Below, in pieces: positions 9,887-19,598 of a stretch of DNA of 64,000 bases (the first letter of the stretch is position 1; each line of letters opens with the position of its first letter). The notes beneath the pieces were generated by a model that ran no database searches, was not told the origin of the DNA, and saw only the letters and a program-made list of their open reading frames with translations. The DNA comes from Nibricoccus sp. (lineage in GTDB: Bacteria > Verrucomicrobiota > Verrucomicrobiia > Opitutales > Opitutaceae), in NCBI GenBank assembly GCA_047602425.1, contig JASGHG010000001.1:1344001-1408000 (forward strand), written 5' to 3'. The translations under genes and the position numbers were made by a program.

Positions 9887-10942
9887 TTAGGCGACCGAAT
9901 CGCGTTCGATCAGTCGCACCGGAAGCGTGATGGAGCGCGGGGAGACGCGCGTGCCGGAGGTGAGCCGGTCCATCATTTCGACCGCTTGCTCGGCCATGTC
10001 TTTGAGGGGCTCTTCGATCGTGGTAAGCGGTGGATTTTGCAGGGTCGAAATGCCTTCGTTTTCCCCGCCGATGAGGGAGATATCCTGCGGAACTTTTAGT
10101 CCCATGACGTAGGTGAGCAAATGCAGGCATTCCATCGCTTGAAAGCTGGTGCCGGGCACATAGATCGAGTCGGCGCCGCTGCGCACGAGGCGCGTGATCG
10201 CGGAGGCGCGGCCCATGTCGGGACCGGCGAGGAGTTGCAGGCGTTCATCGCCTTCGACACCGGCGTCGGCGAGGGCTTTTTGAAAACCTTTCAGCCGTTC
10301 GACAAACGGCCGGTTGTGCGCCCCGAAAAAAGCCGGTGCGCGACGGCCACGCGCGATAAAATGTTTTGCAGCGAGGTAGCCGGCGTTGAAATGGTCGGAG
10401 CGCACCACATACTCGCGGGCATCGGCGTCGAACTTGTCCATATAGACAACCGGCATGCGCGTCTCGAGTTCGCGCAGCATGCTTTCGAGCTGCTTGTCGA
10501 AGGTGACTGCTATCACGCCGTCGAGAAAGCTGCCAGGCAGTTGCTCGATGGGGTTCGACGGAAGGATGACGCCGATGTTACTGCGCGAAAAAGCGAACGC
10601 TAGATGCGCGGTCAATGTCGCGGCATAACCTTCGATGCGGTCGGTGAAAGTCGGTTCGCTCAGGATCGCAACCTGGCGCGTGCGGACAGAAACCTGGGGT
10701 TTCAGGTTGAGTTCTTTCGCAGCGCGGAGAACGCGTTCGCGCGTCGCGGCTTTGACCTTGTCGCGGTTATTGAGCACGCGGCTGACGGTGCCGGGCGAAA
10801 CATCGGCCAGGCGAGCGAGGTCGTAGATCGTGGCTTTTTTGCGAGGAGTATCTGGGGACGCTGAACGGCTCATGTCCTCAGGTGTGGACGCATCGGGGCG
10901 CGCGGGCGAATCCTTTGTGGTGGTTTTGGACAAAACAGTCAT
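9887..10942 (-). CDS. LacI-family transcriptional regulator (start could be 10873)
   Basis: TIYDLARLADVSPGTVSRVLN HTH; C-terminal PPLTTIEEP...LIERDS. Confidence 0.92.
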   Translation of the reverse strand: MTVLSKTTTKDSPARPDASTPEDMSRSASPDTPRKKATIYDLARLADVSPGTVSRVLNNRDKVKAATRERVLRAAKELNLKPQVSVRTRQVAILSEPTFTDRIEGYAATLTAHLAFAFSRSNIGVILPSNPIEQLPGSFLDGVIAVTFDKQLESMLRELETRMPVVYMDKFDADAREYVVRSDHFNAGYLAAKHFIARGRRAPAFFGAHNRPFVERLKGFQKALADAGVEGDERLQLLAGPDMGRASAITRLVRSGADSIYVPGTSFQAMECLHLLTYVMGLKVPQDISLIGGENEGISTLQNPPLTTIEEPLKDMAEQAVEMMDRLTSGTRVSPRSITLPVRLIERDSVA

Positions 10943-10954
10943 ACTGTTTCAGTC

Positions 10955-12364
10955 TCAGATTTTGCCCCGGCGGGCTTCGAGTTGGGCCCGGATCTCGTGC
11001 GCGCGTTTGCGATCCAGTGGATACATACGCAGAAGGACAATTGCCAGAATCGCCCATGCTGCAGTGGAAAGCGCCAGAATCAGGCGGAGACGAAGAATAG
11101 TTTCAGGAGTCTGCTGGCCGCCAAGCTCGGCGTTGAAACCGGTCATTTTAAGGGAAACGAATGCGCCGAAGAACGCCGTGGAATAACCAACTTTTTGAAT
11201 CCACGAAAAAATTGCGCCAAAAACGCCCTCGCGACGAAGCCCGCCGCGCAGTTCATCCTCGTCGCAAATATCCGCAAGCATTGCAGGCGTCAGAACGTTG
11301 ATCGCGATCCACACCGGACCGCAGAGAAGCGGATCGAGGAGAATCGTCCAGGAATGTCCCGGTGTAAAAAAGAACCATTTGCCTAATGCCCCGATGAACG
11401 TGAGCACAAACGCAATCGCCACTGTTTGCGTCTTGCCGATTTTCTGCGCGAGCCATGAAACCGGATAAATGGAGAGAATGCCGACGATCGCGTAGCCAAG
11501 CGAAAGGTGGCCTTTCCATGTTTCGCCGAGCGCGACGTCGCCCCCAAAAAGATAATAGACCAGAATATAGCGATCGAGATTGCTCGCAAACATGCCGGCC
11601 ACGATTTGCAGAAGCGTAAGCGCCACAAGGATCGTGAAGGCGCGGCTGGAAAAAGCCGCGCGTATACCCGGCACCAGCCTCACAGTCTCCTGTTTCTCTG
11701 TTTTGTGAAAAAAACGCTCACGCACGAACAGCGCCGGCAAAATCGCGACAATGCCGAGAAAGACAATACCGACAATCCAGCCGAGCGTGCGCACGCCCGT
11801 GATCGCCGAGGCAAACATCACCGAACTGGCGATGGGGAAAATGTAGTTGTAGCCCATTTCGCCGGCCTTGCCGAAAAAACCGACGTACGACGACACGCTC
11901 GTGCGCTCGTCGTAATCGGGCGTGATCTCATACTGCAGGGCGAGAAACGGAACGGAGAAAAACGAATAACCGATGTAGAAAACGATTTGCGTGGCGACGA
12001 GCCACGCGGTGAGCGCGACCTGACCGAAGGTCGTCGGCACCATCCAAATCAGGCCGAAAGCAAGCGCCTGAATGATTGCGCCTATCGCGACAAGCGGACG
12101 CCGGCGACCGAAACGCGAATGGAAATTATCGGAGAAACGACCGACCAGCGGATCGATGAACGCATCCAAAAACCGCGGCACGGTCAGCGCCGCCGCAAGC
12201 CAGATAGGATCCAGCTTGAGCGTCATTTGATAAAACGGCGTGGCAAAACTGCCAACAGCCGCAAGGCCCAGGAAGATCGGCAAACCGCCGGATCCTAGGG
12301 CCATTTTTTCGGAAAAACCAACCCTGTCCCGAGGACGGGTTTGCTGAACGGTGTCCGTGCTCAT
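10955..12364 (-). CDS. MFS glycoside-pentoside-hexuronide (GPH) symporter
   Basis: DAFIDPLVGRFSD..SRFGRRRP, ITPDYDERT, MLADICDEDE..G.RREG; about 12 hydrophobic segments. Confidence 0.9.
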   Translation of the reverse strand: MSTDTVQQTRPRDRVGFSEKMALGSGGLPIFLGLAAVGSFATPFYQMTLKLDPIWLAAALTVPRFLDAFIDPLVGRFSDNFHSRFGRRRPLVAIGAIIQALAFGLIWMVPTTFGQVALTAWLVATQIVFYIGYSFFSVPFLALQYEITPDYDERTSVSSYVGFFGKAGEMGYNYIFPIASSVMFASAITGVRTLGWIVGIVFLGIVAILPALFVRERFFHKTEKQETVRLVPGIRAAFSSRAFTILVALTLLQIVAGMFASNLDRYILVYYLFGGDVALGETWKGHLSLGYAIVGILSIYPVSWLAQKIGKTQTVAIAFVLTFIGALGKWFFFTPGHSWTILLDPLLCGPVWIAINVLTPAMLADICDEDELRGGLRREGVFGAIFSWIQKVGYSTAFFGAFVSLKMTGFNAELGGQQTPETILRLRLILALSTAAWAILAIVLLRMYPLDRKRAHEIRAQLEARRGKI

Positions 12365-12463
12365 ACGCGGGGTGTCGTTTGTCTCACGGAAACAGTTCGG
12401 CTAGGCCTGTTGTTCATCAGCAGGACAGGTTGGTCGGTTTACCTTATTTAAGCGAGGCAGGGC

Positions 12464-15400
12464 TTAGAAGTGCAGCGTGGCGGACAAGGTGCACTTGCGG
12501 GGATCCTGCAGGCCGATGCGCTCGGCGGGACGGGTGACCGCACCGTTGGGAGCGACTTGAGCCCACCAAGTGAGGGTGAAGATCTGGTCGTCGCGATTGT
12601 CGAAGAGATTGGCGACGTTGAACTGAATGTCCATCGTCGAACCCTTGCCGGCCCATTCGGTTTTGAAGGTGTAACCGATGTTGGCATCGTAGAGCAGAAG
12701 ACTGCGGCCGTAGTGGACGGTCGGATTGTACTTCGCATCGAGAGTGTCGTCATACATGCCGAGCACATTTTTGCTCTGATAACGACCGCCACCACCGATG
12801 GAGAAGCCCTTGAGGGCACCCTTGTCGAAGGTGTAGTTGGTATAAAGATTGCCGCCGTACTTACGCTGACCGCGCGCATTGTGGCCGTCGAGTGTCGTGA
12901 CGTTGTTGATGGCGTACTGTTCCATCCAACGAATCTGGTTGCCCAGCGTATCCCACGAGAAATCGCCAGGATTATTCGTTGTCGGGGTGTTGTCGCCGGT
13001 GTAGGTCCCGGTCGTCGGAGCTTTCGAACGCCAGAAGGCCTCGTTCTTGGTCGCCCATTCCCTGACCTCGGCCATCGAATTGCGGGCGATGACATTGTTG
13101 ATCGAGAAGTTTGCCGATATGCGCCAGTTTGTGGTGGGGTTGGCCACCAGGGTAAATTCCCAACCGCTCGAGTCGCGATCGAACATGAAGCCGTTGGCAT
13201 TTATCAGGTGCGAATCGTATTCAGCCTGGGTGATGAGCGGGGTCGCCGAAACTGCAGCGTTCGGAGCGCGCAGGGCATTCAGGATCTTCGTATTGCGATC
13301 GCTGATGTCGGTCTTGACGGTGCCCCAGTCGGTCATGTGTTTGACCTTGGTTTTGTAGTAACCAACCGTCGCGTAGAGCTTGCCTTCGAGAAGATCGAAC
13401 TTGAAACCGGCGTCGCCACCCTTGCCCTCAGGCATCGGAGGCAGATCGGCGCCAATAATGTGGATGCGAACGTTAGGAATATCGCGGCTGGAGGAAACGT
13501 TACCAAACAACGAGACCCACTTGGTTGCGTGATAAACCGCGCCGGCAGTTACGGTGTTGGCGTTGAAGGTCTTGTTCTTTTCGTAGCGCGGATCGAGGTA
13601 AATTCGAGCGCGACTGTCGCGAACACTGGCGCCACCAGTGCCGTAGTTGTACGTGTACTTGAGCGAATCAGCACGGTAACCGAGGATCGTCACGAGCTTT
13701 TCGTTGAAGAAGAAGCTCTGCAACGCACCCATGCCAGTGGTCTGTTTTTCGGTTGTGTCTTCGGGTTCCTGCGTGGTGACCCAAGTCGTACCGGGGACAG
13801 CAATACGCCAGGATTGCACGTGGATATCCTTGGTGTCTCCGCCAGTGAAATAGTGACGACGGTAGAGGCGGTTGACGTCGGCCTCGGCCGCGGTTGGATC
13901 GAAGGCCCAGCCGGAGATGTCGCTAAAAACTTCGCATTCCTCGACGCGTTTGAATGTGCGTTGCCTGTAATTGAGCATACCGGCAGCGCGGTGCTTGCCC
14001 CAATCGCCGGTGTTGAAGTTATACGCAACGGTGGCGCGGAGATCGGTGGCCTTGGTGCGCACATCGCGACGGGTCCAGTTATTTTCGACGTAAAGTTTTC
14101 CCGCATTTGGATTGGTTCCGGCAGCGTTGCCCCAAATGTCGGGCAGATCGGCGCTCGCTTCGCCCCAAATTTCGGTGCTGTTGCCGTAGTAGGCGGTCGC
14201 GCGGCTGCCGTCTGGATCGTAGCCGAAAAAGTCGATCGCTTGGTGATTGAAAGCGAGTTCGTAAGAAAGACTGTCGGTCAACTTGCTTTCAAAAAATGCG
14301 CTGGCGGTTTTGTATTTGGTCTCACGCGTCGCATCGGGGCCACCGGTGTTGGCGTTGCGGGGGATGATCGCGTTGTTGGCCGGAGTGTCGGCCCAGGCAG
14401 ACCACGTGGGACGAGCCCAATCGTCGGTTGCGCCGATATCGCGATAGGTCGCGCTCAGGAAGGCGCCATCGACGTTGTTGCTGCCTTGCGCACGGCCGAG
14501 CCAGTTGCGGACAACACCGTCGTCGCCAACGACGCGGTGGTCGGGCCAGAAGGTGTCGATGGCAGGAGCCCAAGGCCAGGCACCGGAAAAGGTCGGGCGG
14601 CCAGCTTGACGCCAGAGGAATGACTGGTCGATCGCGAGCCAAGGGCGTGCAACGTTATCGTTGACCTTGCCGATTTCGGCCTCGACACGCAGGGAGGTTT
14701 CCCGGGAGGGAGCCCACTTTGCAGCGAGATGCGCGCGGCGGGAACGATCATAGGCGAATTCGCGCCAATCCTTGCCGCTCTCGGCCATGGCGTTGACGCG
14801 GATGGCGAATTGATTTGGAACAAGCGAAAGGTTCGTGTCGATCGTGCCGCGATTCCGGTTCCAGCTGCCAACCAGATAACTGACCGCGTGCTTGTTCACG
14901 TCCAGCATGGCCTGTTTGGTCGACGTGTTGACCAAACCGCCGGGGGCACCAAAGCCGAAGAGAATGCCGTTGGGACCACGCGATTGGTCGATGCGCTCGA
15001 CGTTGTAGAAATCGGAGGACGCTTCCCATTTGAAGAAATTGCGCGAGTAGCTGGCGGAGAGACCGCGAATACGCAGCTGCCACTCGTCATTGCCGATCAT
15101 GGGATTGCCATTGACGCTGAGGTCCGCGTCGCCGAAGTCGGGCACGGCGTTGTTTTCGAAAAGGATCAGGTCCTTCATGTTCGTCGCGCCGATATCCTTG
15201 ATGAACTCGGGCGTGAACACGGAGATGGCGGCGCCGGTGTCCTTCAACTTCGTGTTGAGGCGGCTGCCGGCGAGGGTGTTGCCGGCGAGGTAGCCGACGT
15301 CTTTCTTGGTGCTGACGGTGAACGGACTGAGGACGAGGGTTTCGTCTTCGACGGGAACGTCCGCGGTGGATGCAGGCTGCGCGGGTGTACTAACGGCCGT

Positions 15401-15478
15401 TTGAGCTGACAGAGTCACCACCGGTGCGAGGGCCAGGGCCGCACACAGGGTGAGTTTTTGCAGGCTTGGGGGGTTCAT
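12464..15478 (-). CDS. TonB-dependent receptor (glycan import)
   Basis: Signal peptide, TonB-box-like ETLVLSPFTVS, plug NTLAGSRLNT...RIRG...RGPNGILFG, C-terminal Phe (LSATLHF). Confidence 0.92.
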   Translation of the reverse strand: MNPPSLQKLTLCAALALAPVVTLSAQTAVSTPAQPASTADVPVEDETLVLSPFTVSTKKDVGYLAGNTLAGSRLNTKLKDTGAAISVFTPEFIKDIGATNMKDLILFENNAVPDFGDADLSVNGNPMIGNDEWQLRIRGLSASYSRNFFKWEASSDFYNVERIDQSRGPNGILFGFGAPGGLVNTSTKQAMLDVNKHAVSYLVGSWNRNRGTIDTNLSLVPNQFAIRVNAMAESGKDWREFAYDRSRRAHLAAKWAPSRETSLRVEAEIGKVNDNVARPWLAIDQSFLWRQAGRPTFSGAWPWAPAIDTFWPDHRVVGDDGVVRNWLGRAQGSNNVDGAFLSATYRDIGATDDWARPTWSAWADTPANNAIIPRNANTGGPDATRETKYKTASAFFESKLTDSLSYELAFNHQAIDFFGYDPDGSRATAYYGNSTEIWGEASADLPDIWGNAAGTNPNAGKLYVENNWTRRDVRTKATDLRATVAYNFNTGDWGKHRAAGMLNYRQRTFKRVEECEVFSDISGWAFDPTAAEADVNRLYRRHYFTGGDTKDIHVQSWRIAVPGTTWVTTQEPEDTTEKQTTGMGALQSFFFNEKLVTILGYRADSLKYTYNYGTGGASVRDSRARIYLDPRYEKNKTFNANTVTAGAVYHATKWVSLFGNVSSSRDIPNVRIHIIGADLPPMPEGKGGDAGFKFDLLEGKLYATVGYYKTKVKHMTDWGTVKTDISDRNTKILNALRAPNAAVSATPLITQAEYDSHLINANGFMFDRDSSGWEFTLVANPTTNWRISANFSINNVIARNSMAEVREWATKNEAFWRSKAPTTGTYTGDNTPTTNNPGDFSWDTLGNQIRWMEQYAINNVTTLDGHNARGQRKYGGNLYTNYTFDKGALKGFSIGGGGRYQSKNVLGMYDDTLDAKYNPTVHYGRSLLLYDANIGYTFKTEWAGKGSTMDIQFNVANLFDNRDDQIFTLTWWAQVAPNGAVTRPAERIGLQDPRKCTLSATLHF

Positions 15479-15522
15479 GTGTTGTGTAGGATTACGCTGA
15501 GTGAACAGTAATAACCGAAATT

Positions 15523-16671
15523 CTATTTTGCAGGCGGACGGGCAAAACCAGCCGCCGGAAGCAATTCGCCTTTGCGATCAAAGAGTGCACAGGATCCTCC
15601 GACCCAAACCGGCATGCCCGCCACACGCACCGATTCCGGGTGCCACCAAAAAATTCCGCGCCCAAGGTCACCCGGGACTGCCTTCACGGCGGCGAGAACC
15701 TCGGACACAAACTGTTTTTGACCCTCGGGCGTCATGGGCCAGTGCATGTTTGGACGTTTGTCCCAATGCTCGTCGTGGGTCCATGGATACGCCGTCTCGA
15801 CGACCATGACGGGTTTCTTGAATTCTGCGGCGAGCCCATTGAGGCATTTGCTGAGTTCGGCAACCGTCTGATGCCAGTCCGGGTAATAACTCATGCCGAT
15901 CACATCGAAAGGTACATTGGCCTTCGTCGCTTCGCGGCAAAACCAAAGCGCGCGGTCGTACTGATGAGGACTTTCGATATGCAGGACCGAAATGGGCTTC
16001 GCTTCGTTGGGAAACGCATCCGCGAGCCCCTCGTGCGCCGCCCGAAGGAGACCACCCAAACGTTCCCACGCGGCTTGCGCGGCTGCAGGATCGCTCTCGT
16101 TCTGCGAAAATTCCACGCGGCCCTCCGGCCACAGCATGCCGTTGGTGATTTCGTTGCCGAGTTGAACGAGGTGAGGCTTCACCCCCTCCGCGGCAAAACG
16201 CTTGAGCACCTCCGCCGTATAGCTGCGCACCTTGGCCTTCAACTCGTCATAGGAAAGCTTCTCCCACGCGGCGGGTTTGTACTGTTTGGCCGGATCGGCC
16301 CAAGTATCCGAATAGTGGATATCGAGCATGAAGGCCGCCTTCAGCGCCTTGACGCGCTTCGCCAGGGCAATCGTGTATTCGAGGTCGTTGGTCACCACCG
16401 ATTTCCCATCGGGCGCCACAAACAGACGCAGGCGGAAACAATTGAAACCCTGCGCGCGCAAGATGCTGAGCCCGTCGGCCTTTTTACCTCCAAAACGGTA
16501 AACAGCACCGTGTTTTTCCAGCGTGGTCTGCGCCGAAACATCCGCTCCCACTAAAAACGGGACTTCGCCGCACATACCCGACGCGGCGAACCCCAAACAT
16601 ATTAGCGATAAAGCCGGCAAAAAAATTGCGCGGCGGACAAAGGAGAATTTCCGTGTAACAGGGAAAAGCAT
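15523..16671 (-). CDS. GH53 arabinogalactan endo-beta-1,4-galactanase, exported
   Basis: GADVS, RLRLFV, DIHYSDTWADPAKQ.KP.AW, VQLGNEI, GMSYYP, VVETAYPW; hydrophobic N-terminus from ATG 16671. Confidence 0.92.
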   Translation of the reverse strand: MLFPVTRKFSFVRRAIFLPALSLICLGFAASGMCGEVPFLVGADVSAQTTLEKHGAVYRFGGKKADGLSILRAQGFNCFRLRLFVAPDGKSVVTNDLEYTIALAKRVKALKAAFMLDIHYSDTWADPAKQYKPAAWEKLSYDELKAKVRSYTAEVLKRFAAEGVKPHLVQLGNEITNGMLWPEGRVEFSQNESDPAAAQAAWERLGGLLRAAHEGLADAFPNEAKPISVLHIESPHQYDRALWFCREATKANVPFDVIGMSYYPDWHQTVAELSKCLNGLAAEFKKPVMVVETAYPWTHDEHWDKRPNMHWPMTPEGQKQFVSEVLAAVKAVPGDLGRGIFWWHPESVRVAGMPVWVGGSCALFDRKGELLPAAGFARPPAK

Positions 16672-16773
16672 GAGCTGGAAAACGGACAGGCGAGGTCTGA
16701 GCAGACGTGACGTTCGGGTAACGGGGGCAGGGTTAGGGGCGACGAAGCAGTTTCTCAAACGATGCGAATTTTA

Positions 16774-16808
16774 AGTCAATAGTTTTATTATTTATAAAAC
16801 TGTTTTAT
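16774..16808 (-). promoter_or_regulatory. Putative promoter/operator of the galactan locus: TTGACT -35-like hexamer plus overlapping palindromes
   Basis: AGTTTTAT-N5-ATAAAACT (16781-16801) and ATAAAAC-T-GTTTTAT (16794-16808) in an AT-rich patch; TTGACT at 16779-16774. Confidence 0.5.
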
Positions 16809-16898
16809 TTTTCCATTTTCCACTGCTCCTCATAGCCGCCGACATCCCCTCCTTCTGTCATCGTCACCTCCAACAAAAATTTTAAAAGACAGCTCTCG

Positions 16899-16919
16899 TT
16901 GTCATCCAATAGATGACAA
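16899..16919. repeat. Intergenic palindrome, copy 1 (TTGTCATCCAATAGATGACAA)
   Basis: 8-bp perfect arms; near-identical to the copies at 24785 and 52647. Confidence 0.8.
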
Positions 16920-17164
16920 TCACCTGAGTCCTGACAGGAGCATTTTCTTTGTTTGCCAGTTGCTTAAGAAGATCCTGTTACACTCAGAGGGCAGTGGTCC
17001 GCGCGAGCATTCGCTTTCCTTTTCCCCTCCTTCAAAGCAAACAGGAGAATTGAATCTAAAAGAAAGGATTTTCGGGTGCGCAGCTGCTCAAAGGGAAAAG
17101 CGACTTCCTCATGCGCTTATTAAACGTCGGTTGAATTTCCGGCGTCATTACCCATCTTGGAGGA

Positions 17165-17848
17165 ATGGAAATGGAAATCGTCCTGCCCGAAGAAATCGCG
17201 GTTATGACTTTGCCCGATGTCACGTTCTTCCCGCAGGCACTCCTGCCACTGCATATTTTTGAGCCTCGTTATCAACAGATGCTGCGGGAATCGCTCGCCA
17301 GCGACCGTTTGTTCGCCGTCGCCGGACTCGATGCGAAAACCGCCCGCCAAACCGGCAGGTTCGAGCCTCCGCACCGTGTCGCCACCGTAGGCATCGTCCG
17401 CGCGTGTCAGAAAAACGACAACGGCACTTCGAATTTGCTCATTCAAGGCCTCGCCCGCGTCGAGATCGTTGAAATCGTTTGCGAGGAGCCCTATCGCCGC
17501 GTCCGGATCCGCGCCCTCGCCAGCGCCCAGGGAGCCGAACCATCCGTCAACGACAAACTCCGCGTCACGTTGGGCAAGCTCCTGCAAACAAAACAGCGGC
17601 TCGGCGGCACCGTGCCGCATGAGTTTACCCAGTTTCTCAAAACCGTGCACGATCCCGAGACGTTCGTCGACCTCGCCGCATTCACGCTCTGCGACGATGC
17701 CCGGCTCAAGCAAAAGTTGCTCGAAACCCTCGATGTTCATGCGCGCCTGCAACTTTACTCCACCCGCCTGCAACACGATATCGAGGCGATGAAGCTGCAG
17801 AAAAAACTTCAGGGGCGTCTACCCGATGAGCAGATAGAACAGAATTGA
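17165..17848 (+). CDS. Lon protease N-terminal (substrate-binding) domain protein
   Basis: FFPQALLPLHIFEPRYQQM, VGIV...NLLIQGLARV; GGAGG RBS; no ATPase or protease domain. Confidence 0.88.
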   Translation: MEMEIVLPEEIAVMTLPDVTFFPQALLPLHIFEPRYQQMLRESLASDRLFAVAGLDAKTARQTGRFEPPHRVATVGIVRACQKNDNGTSNLLIQGLARVEIVEIVCEEPYRRVRIRALASAQGAEPSVNDKLRVTLGKLLQTKQRLGGTVPHEFTQFLKTVHDPETFVDLAAFTLCDDARLKQKLLETLDVHARLQLYSTRLQHDIEAMKLQKKLQGRLPDEQIEQN

Positions 17849-17927
17849 ACCAGCCTCCGGAAACACAGTTTTACTGACCTACATCAAGGACCGGAAGCCA
17901 GATCGCGCCTAGAGTAAGCTCTCCGCA

Positions 17928-18179
17928 ATGAGTTTTTCCTGCCCGCATTTTCGTCCCGACGACGAGTATTGCTTTCGCCTCAAAACCGACTGCGTGCCCG
18001 GTCGACCCGGTTGCGTGTTGGGAAAAAACGCCGTTTTCGCCACACCCGTTGAAGAACGCATTCGCCTGAAAGAGGAGGAAAAACGCCAGCGCATCCTCGC
18101 AAATTCAGGAACCGGCGTGGCCCCGGTCACGTTTCCGCAACCACTCGCCAAGCGTAAAATTCCAAAGCGACGTTCCTGA
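17928..18179 (+). CDS. Small hypothetical protein with four Cys
   Basis: MSFSCPHF...YCFRLKTDCVPGRPGCVL followed by a charged helix; fills the intergenic space on the strand of its neighbours. Confidence 0.6.
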   Translation: MSFSCPHFRPDDEYCFRLKTDCVPGRPGCVLGKNAVFATPVEERIRLKEEEKRQRILANSGTGVAPVTFPQPLAKRKIPKRRS

Positions 18180-18454
18180 CGAGCAAGCCCGCAACTTCGC
18201 CGGCCAACGATCATACAATCATAATTACGATCGCGAATTGGCTCTATGAACTAGTTTTTAACGTAAAACGTGACAAATTTTACGGGCCATCGCGAGTCTG
18301 CCTTTCGAACGCGGCGAGCATCGTATATTTTAAAAATCACAGGGAAACGACCGCTTTCGCCATGGCGCGGGAATAGAATTTCGCGAAAGTGCACGAAGTG
18401 TATTTTGCAGAATTTCTCGACCGGGGGACGATGCTGGCATACGTTGAGCCTCCA

Positions 18455-19129
18455 ATGATTCTCAACGCACTCGAAGCCATGCATGCACGTCGCTCCATTC
18501 GCGAGTTCGAAGCCGAACTCGTGCCCGCCGACGTCATCAAGCAACTCGTCGAGGCCGCCGGCCGCGCGCCCAGTTCGAAGAACACGCAGCCCTGGCGCCT
18601 TTATCTCGTGCAAGGCGCCGCGCTCGAAGCCCTGCGCGCCGATTATCTCGCCGCTTTCGACAGCAGCCGCCCGGGAAAACCTGGTTATCAATATTCCCCC
18701 AACCCATTGCCAGAAGCATGGGCCGCCCGCGCGAAGGAAAATGGCATCGGCATCTTCAAACACAAGGGCATCGGCCGCGACGAAATGGACAAACGCCGCG
18801 CCCACGACCGCGAAAATTTCCGTTTCTTCGGCGCGCAACAGGTTTTCTTCATTGGTACGCAGGAAAACGCCTTCTCGTACGGCACATTCCTCGACTGCGG
18901 TTTTGTTCTCGACAACCTGATGCTAGGACTAACCGCGCTTGGCTACGGCTCCTGCCCTCAATTCAGCGCGATGGCTTATCCTGACCTGTTGAAAAAACAC
19001 ATCCCCGGCAGCGAAGACACGCTTTTCATCGCCGGCCTACCCTTCGGCCGGCCCAAGCCTACCGCTCACGTAAACGCCTATCAAACCACCCGCGAATCAA
19101 TCGACAAGTGGTTCAAGGTGGTCGGCTAA
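18455..19129 (+). CDS. Nitroreductase family protein
   Basis: RRSIREF, APSSKNTQPW, LDCG..LDNLML...LGYGSCPQ. Confidence 0.9.
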   Translation: MILNALEAMHARRSIREFEAELVPADVIKQLVEAAGRAPSSKNTQPWRLYLVQGAALEALRADYLAAFDSSRPGKPGYQYSPNPLPEAWAARAKENGIGIFKHKGIGRDEMDKRRAHDRENFRFFGAQQVFFIGTQENAFSYGTFLDCGFVLDNLMLGLTALGYGSCPQFSAMAYPDLLKKHIPGSEDTLFIAGLPFGRPKPTAHVNAYQTTRESIDKWFKVVG

Positions 19130-19140
19130 AGCCACAAGGC

Positions 19141-19584
19141 ATGAAGGTGCATTTCTGCGTCCGCCCTGTCAGCCCGGAGGATGCAGAAGCCATTGCTCAA
19201 TTGACGGCAACGCTCGGTTATTCGGCAGAAACGGTAACCGTCCGCAACCGTATCCACTCAATCCTTACGTCCGCCGAGAATCTATTCATCGTGGTCGTTG
19301 ACGACGCACAAAAACCAGTCGGCTGGCTCCAAGCCCACGCTTCTGAAATCGTAGAATCCGGTTACCGCGTGGAAATTGTTGGTCTGGTCGTCGCTCCGCA
19401 ATATCGACGTCTCGGCGCAGGCCGAATGCTGGTGAACGAAGCCGAAAGTTGGGCGAGAAAAAAACACGCGAACGCGATCGTAGTGCGCAGCAACGTGACT
19501 AGAACTGAAAGCCATTCCTTTTATCCTGCGTTGGGATACATTGCCGCCAAAACCCAGCATGTGTACCGCAAAGCGATCGAGTGA
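19141..19584 (+). CDS. GNAT family N-acetyltransferase
   Basis: LVVAPQYRRLGAGRML acetyl-CoA motif; HSFYPALGY. Confidence 0.88.
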   Translation: MKVHFCVRPVSPEDAEAIAQLTATLGYSAETVTVRNRIHSILTSAENLFIVVVDDAQKPVGWLQAHASEIVESGYRVEIVGLVVAPQYRRLGAGRMLVNEAESWARKKHANAIVVRSNVTRTESHSFYPALGYIAAKTQHVYRKAIE

Positions 19585-19598
19585 ATTTCGGGCTGCTG

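Noticed and set aside
12470..14623. 717-aa plus-strand ORF, and similar long ORFs at 8290-9846, 26074-27429, 28617-30296, 3218-4279 and 57195-58361
   Set aside because: Antisense shadows of well-supported genes, expected in GC-rich DNA; no recognisable motifs.
18262..18284. CGTAAAA-N9-TTTTACG inverted repeat upstream of the nitroreductase gene
   Set aside because: Single short occurrence with no adjacent regulator; could be chance.
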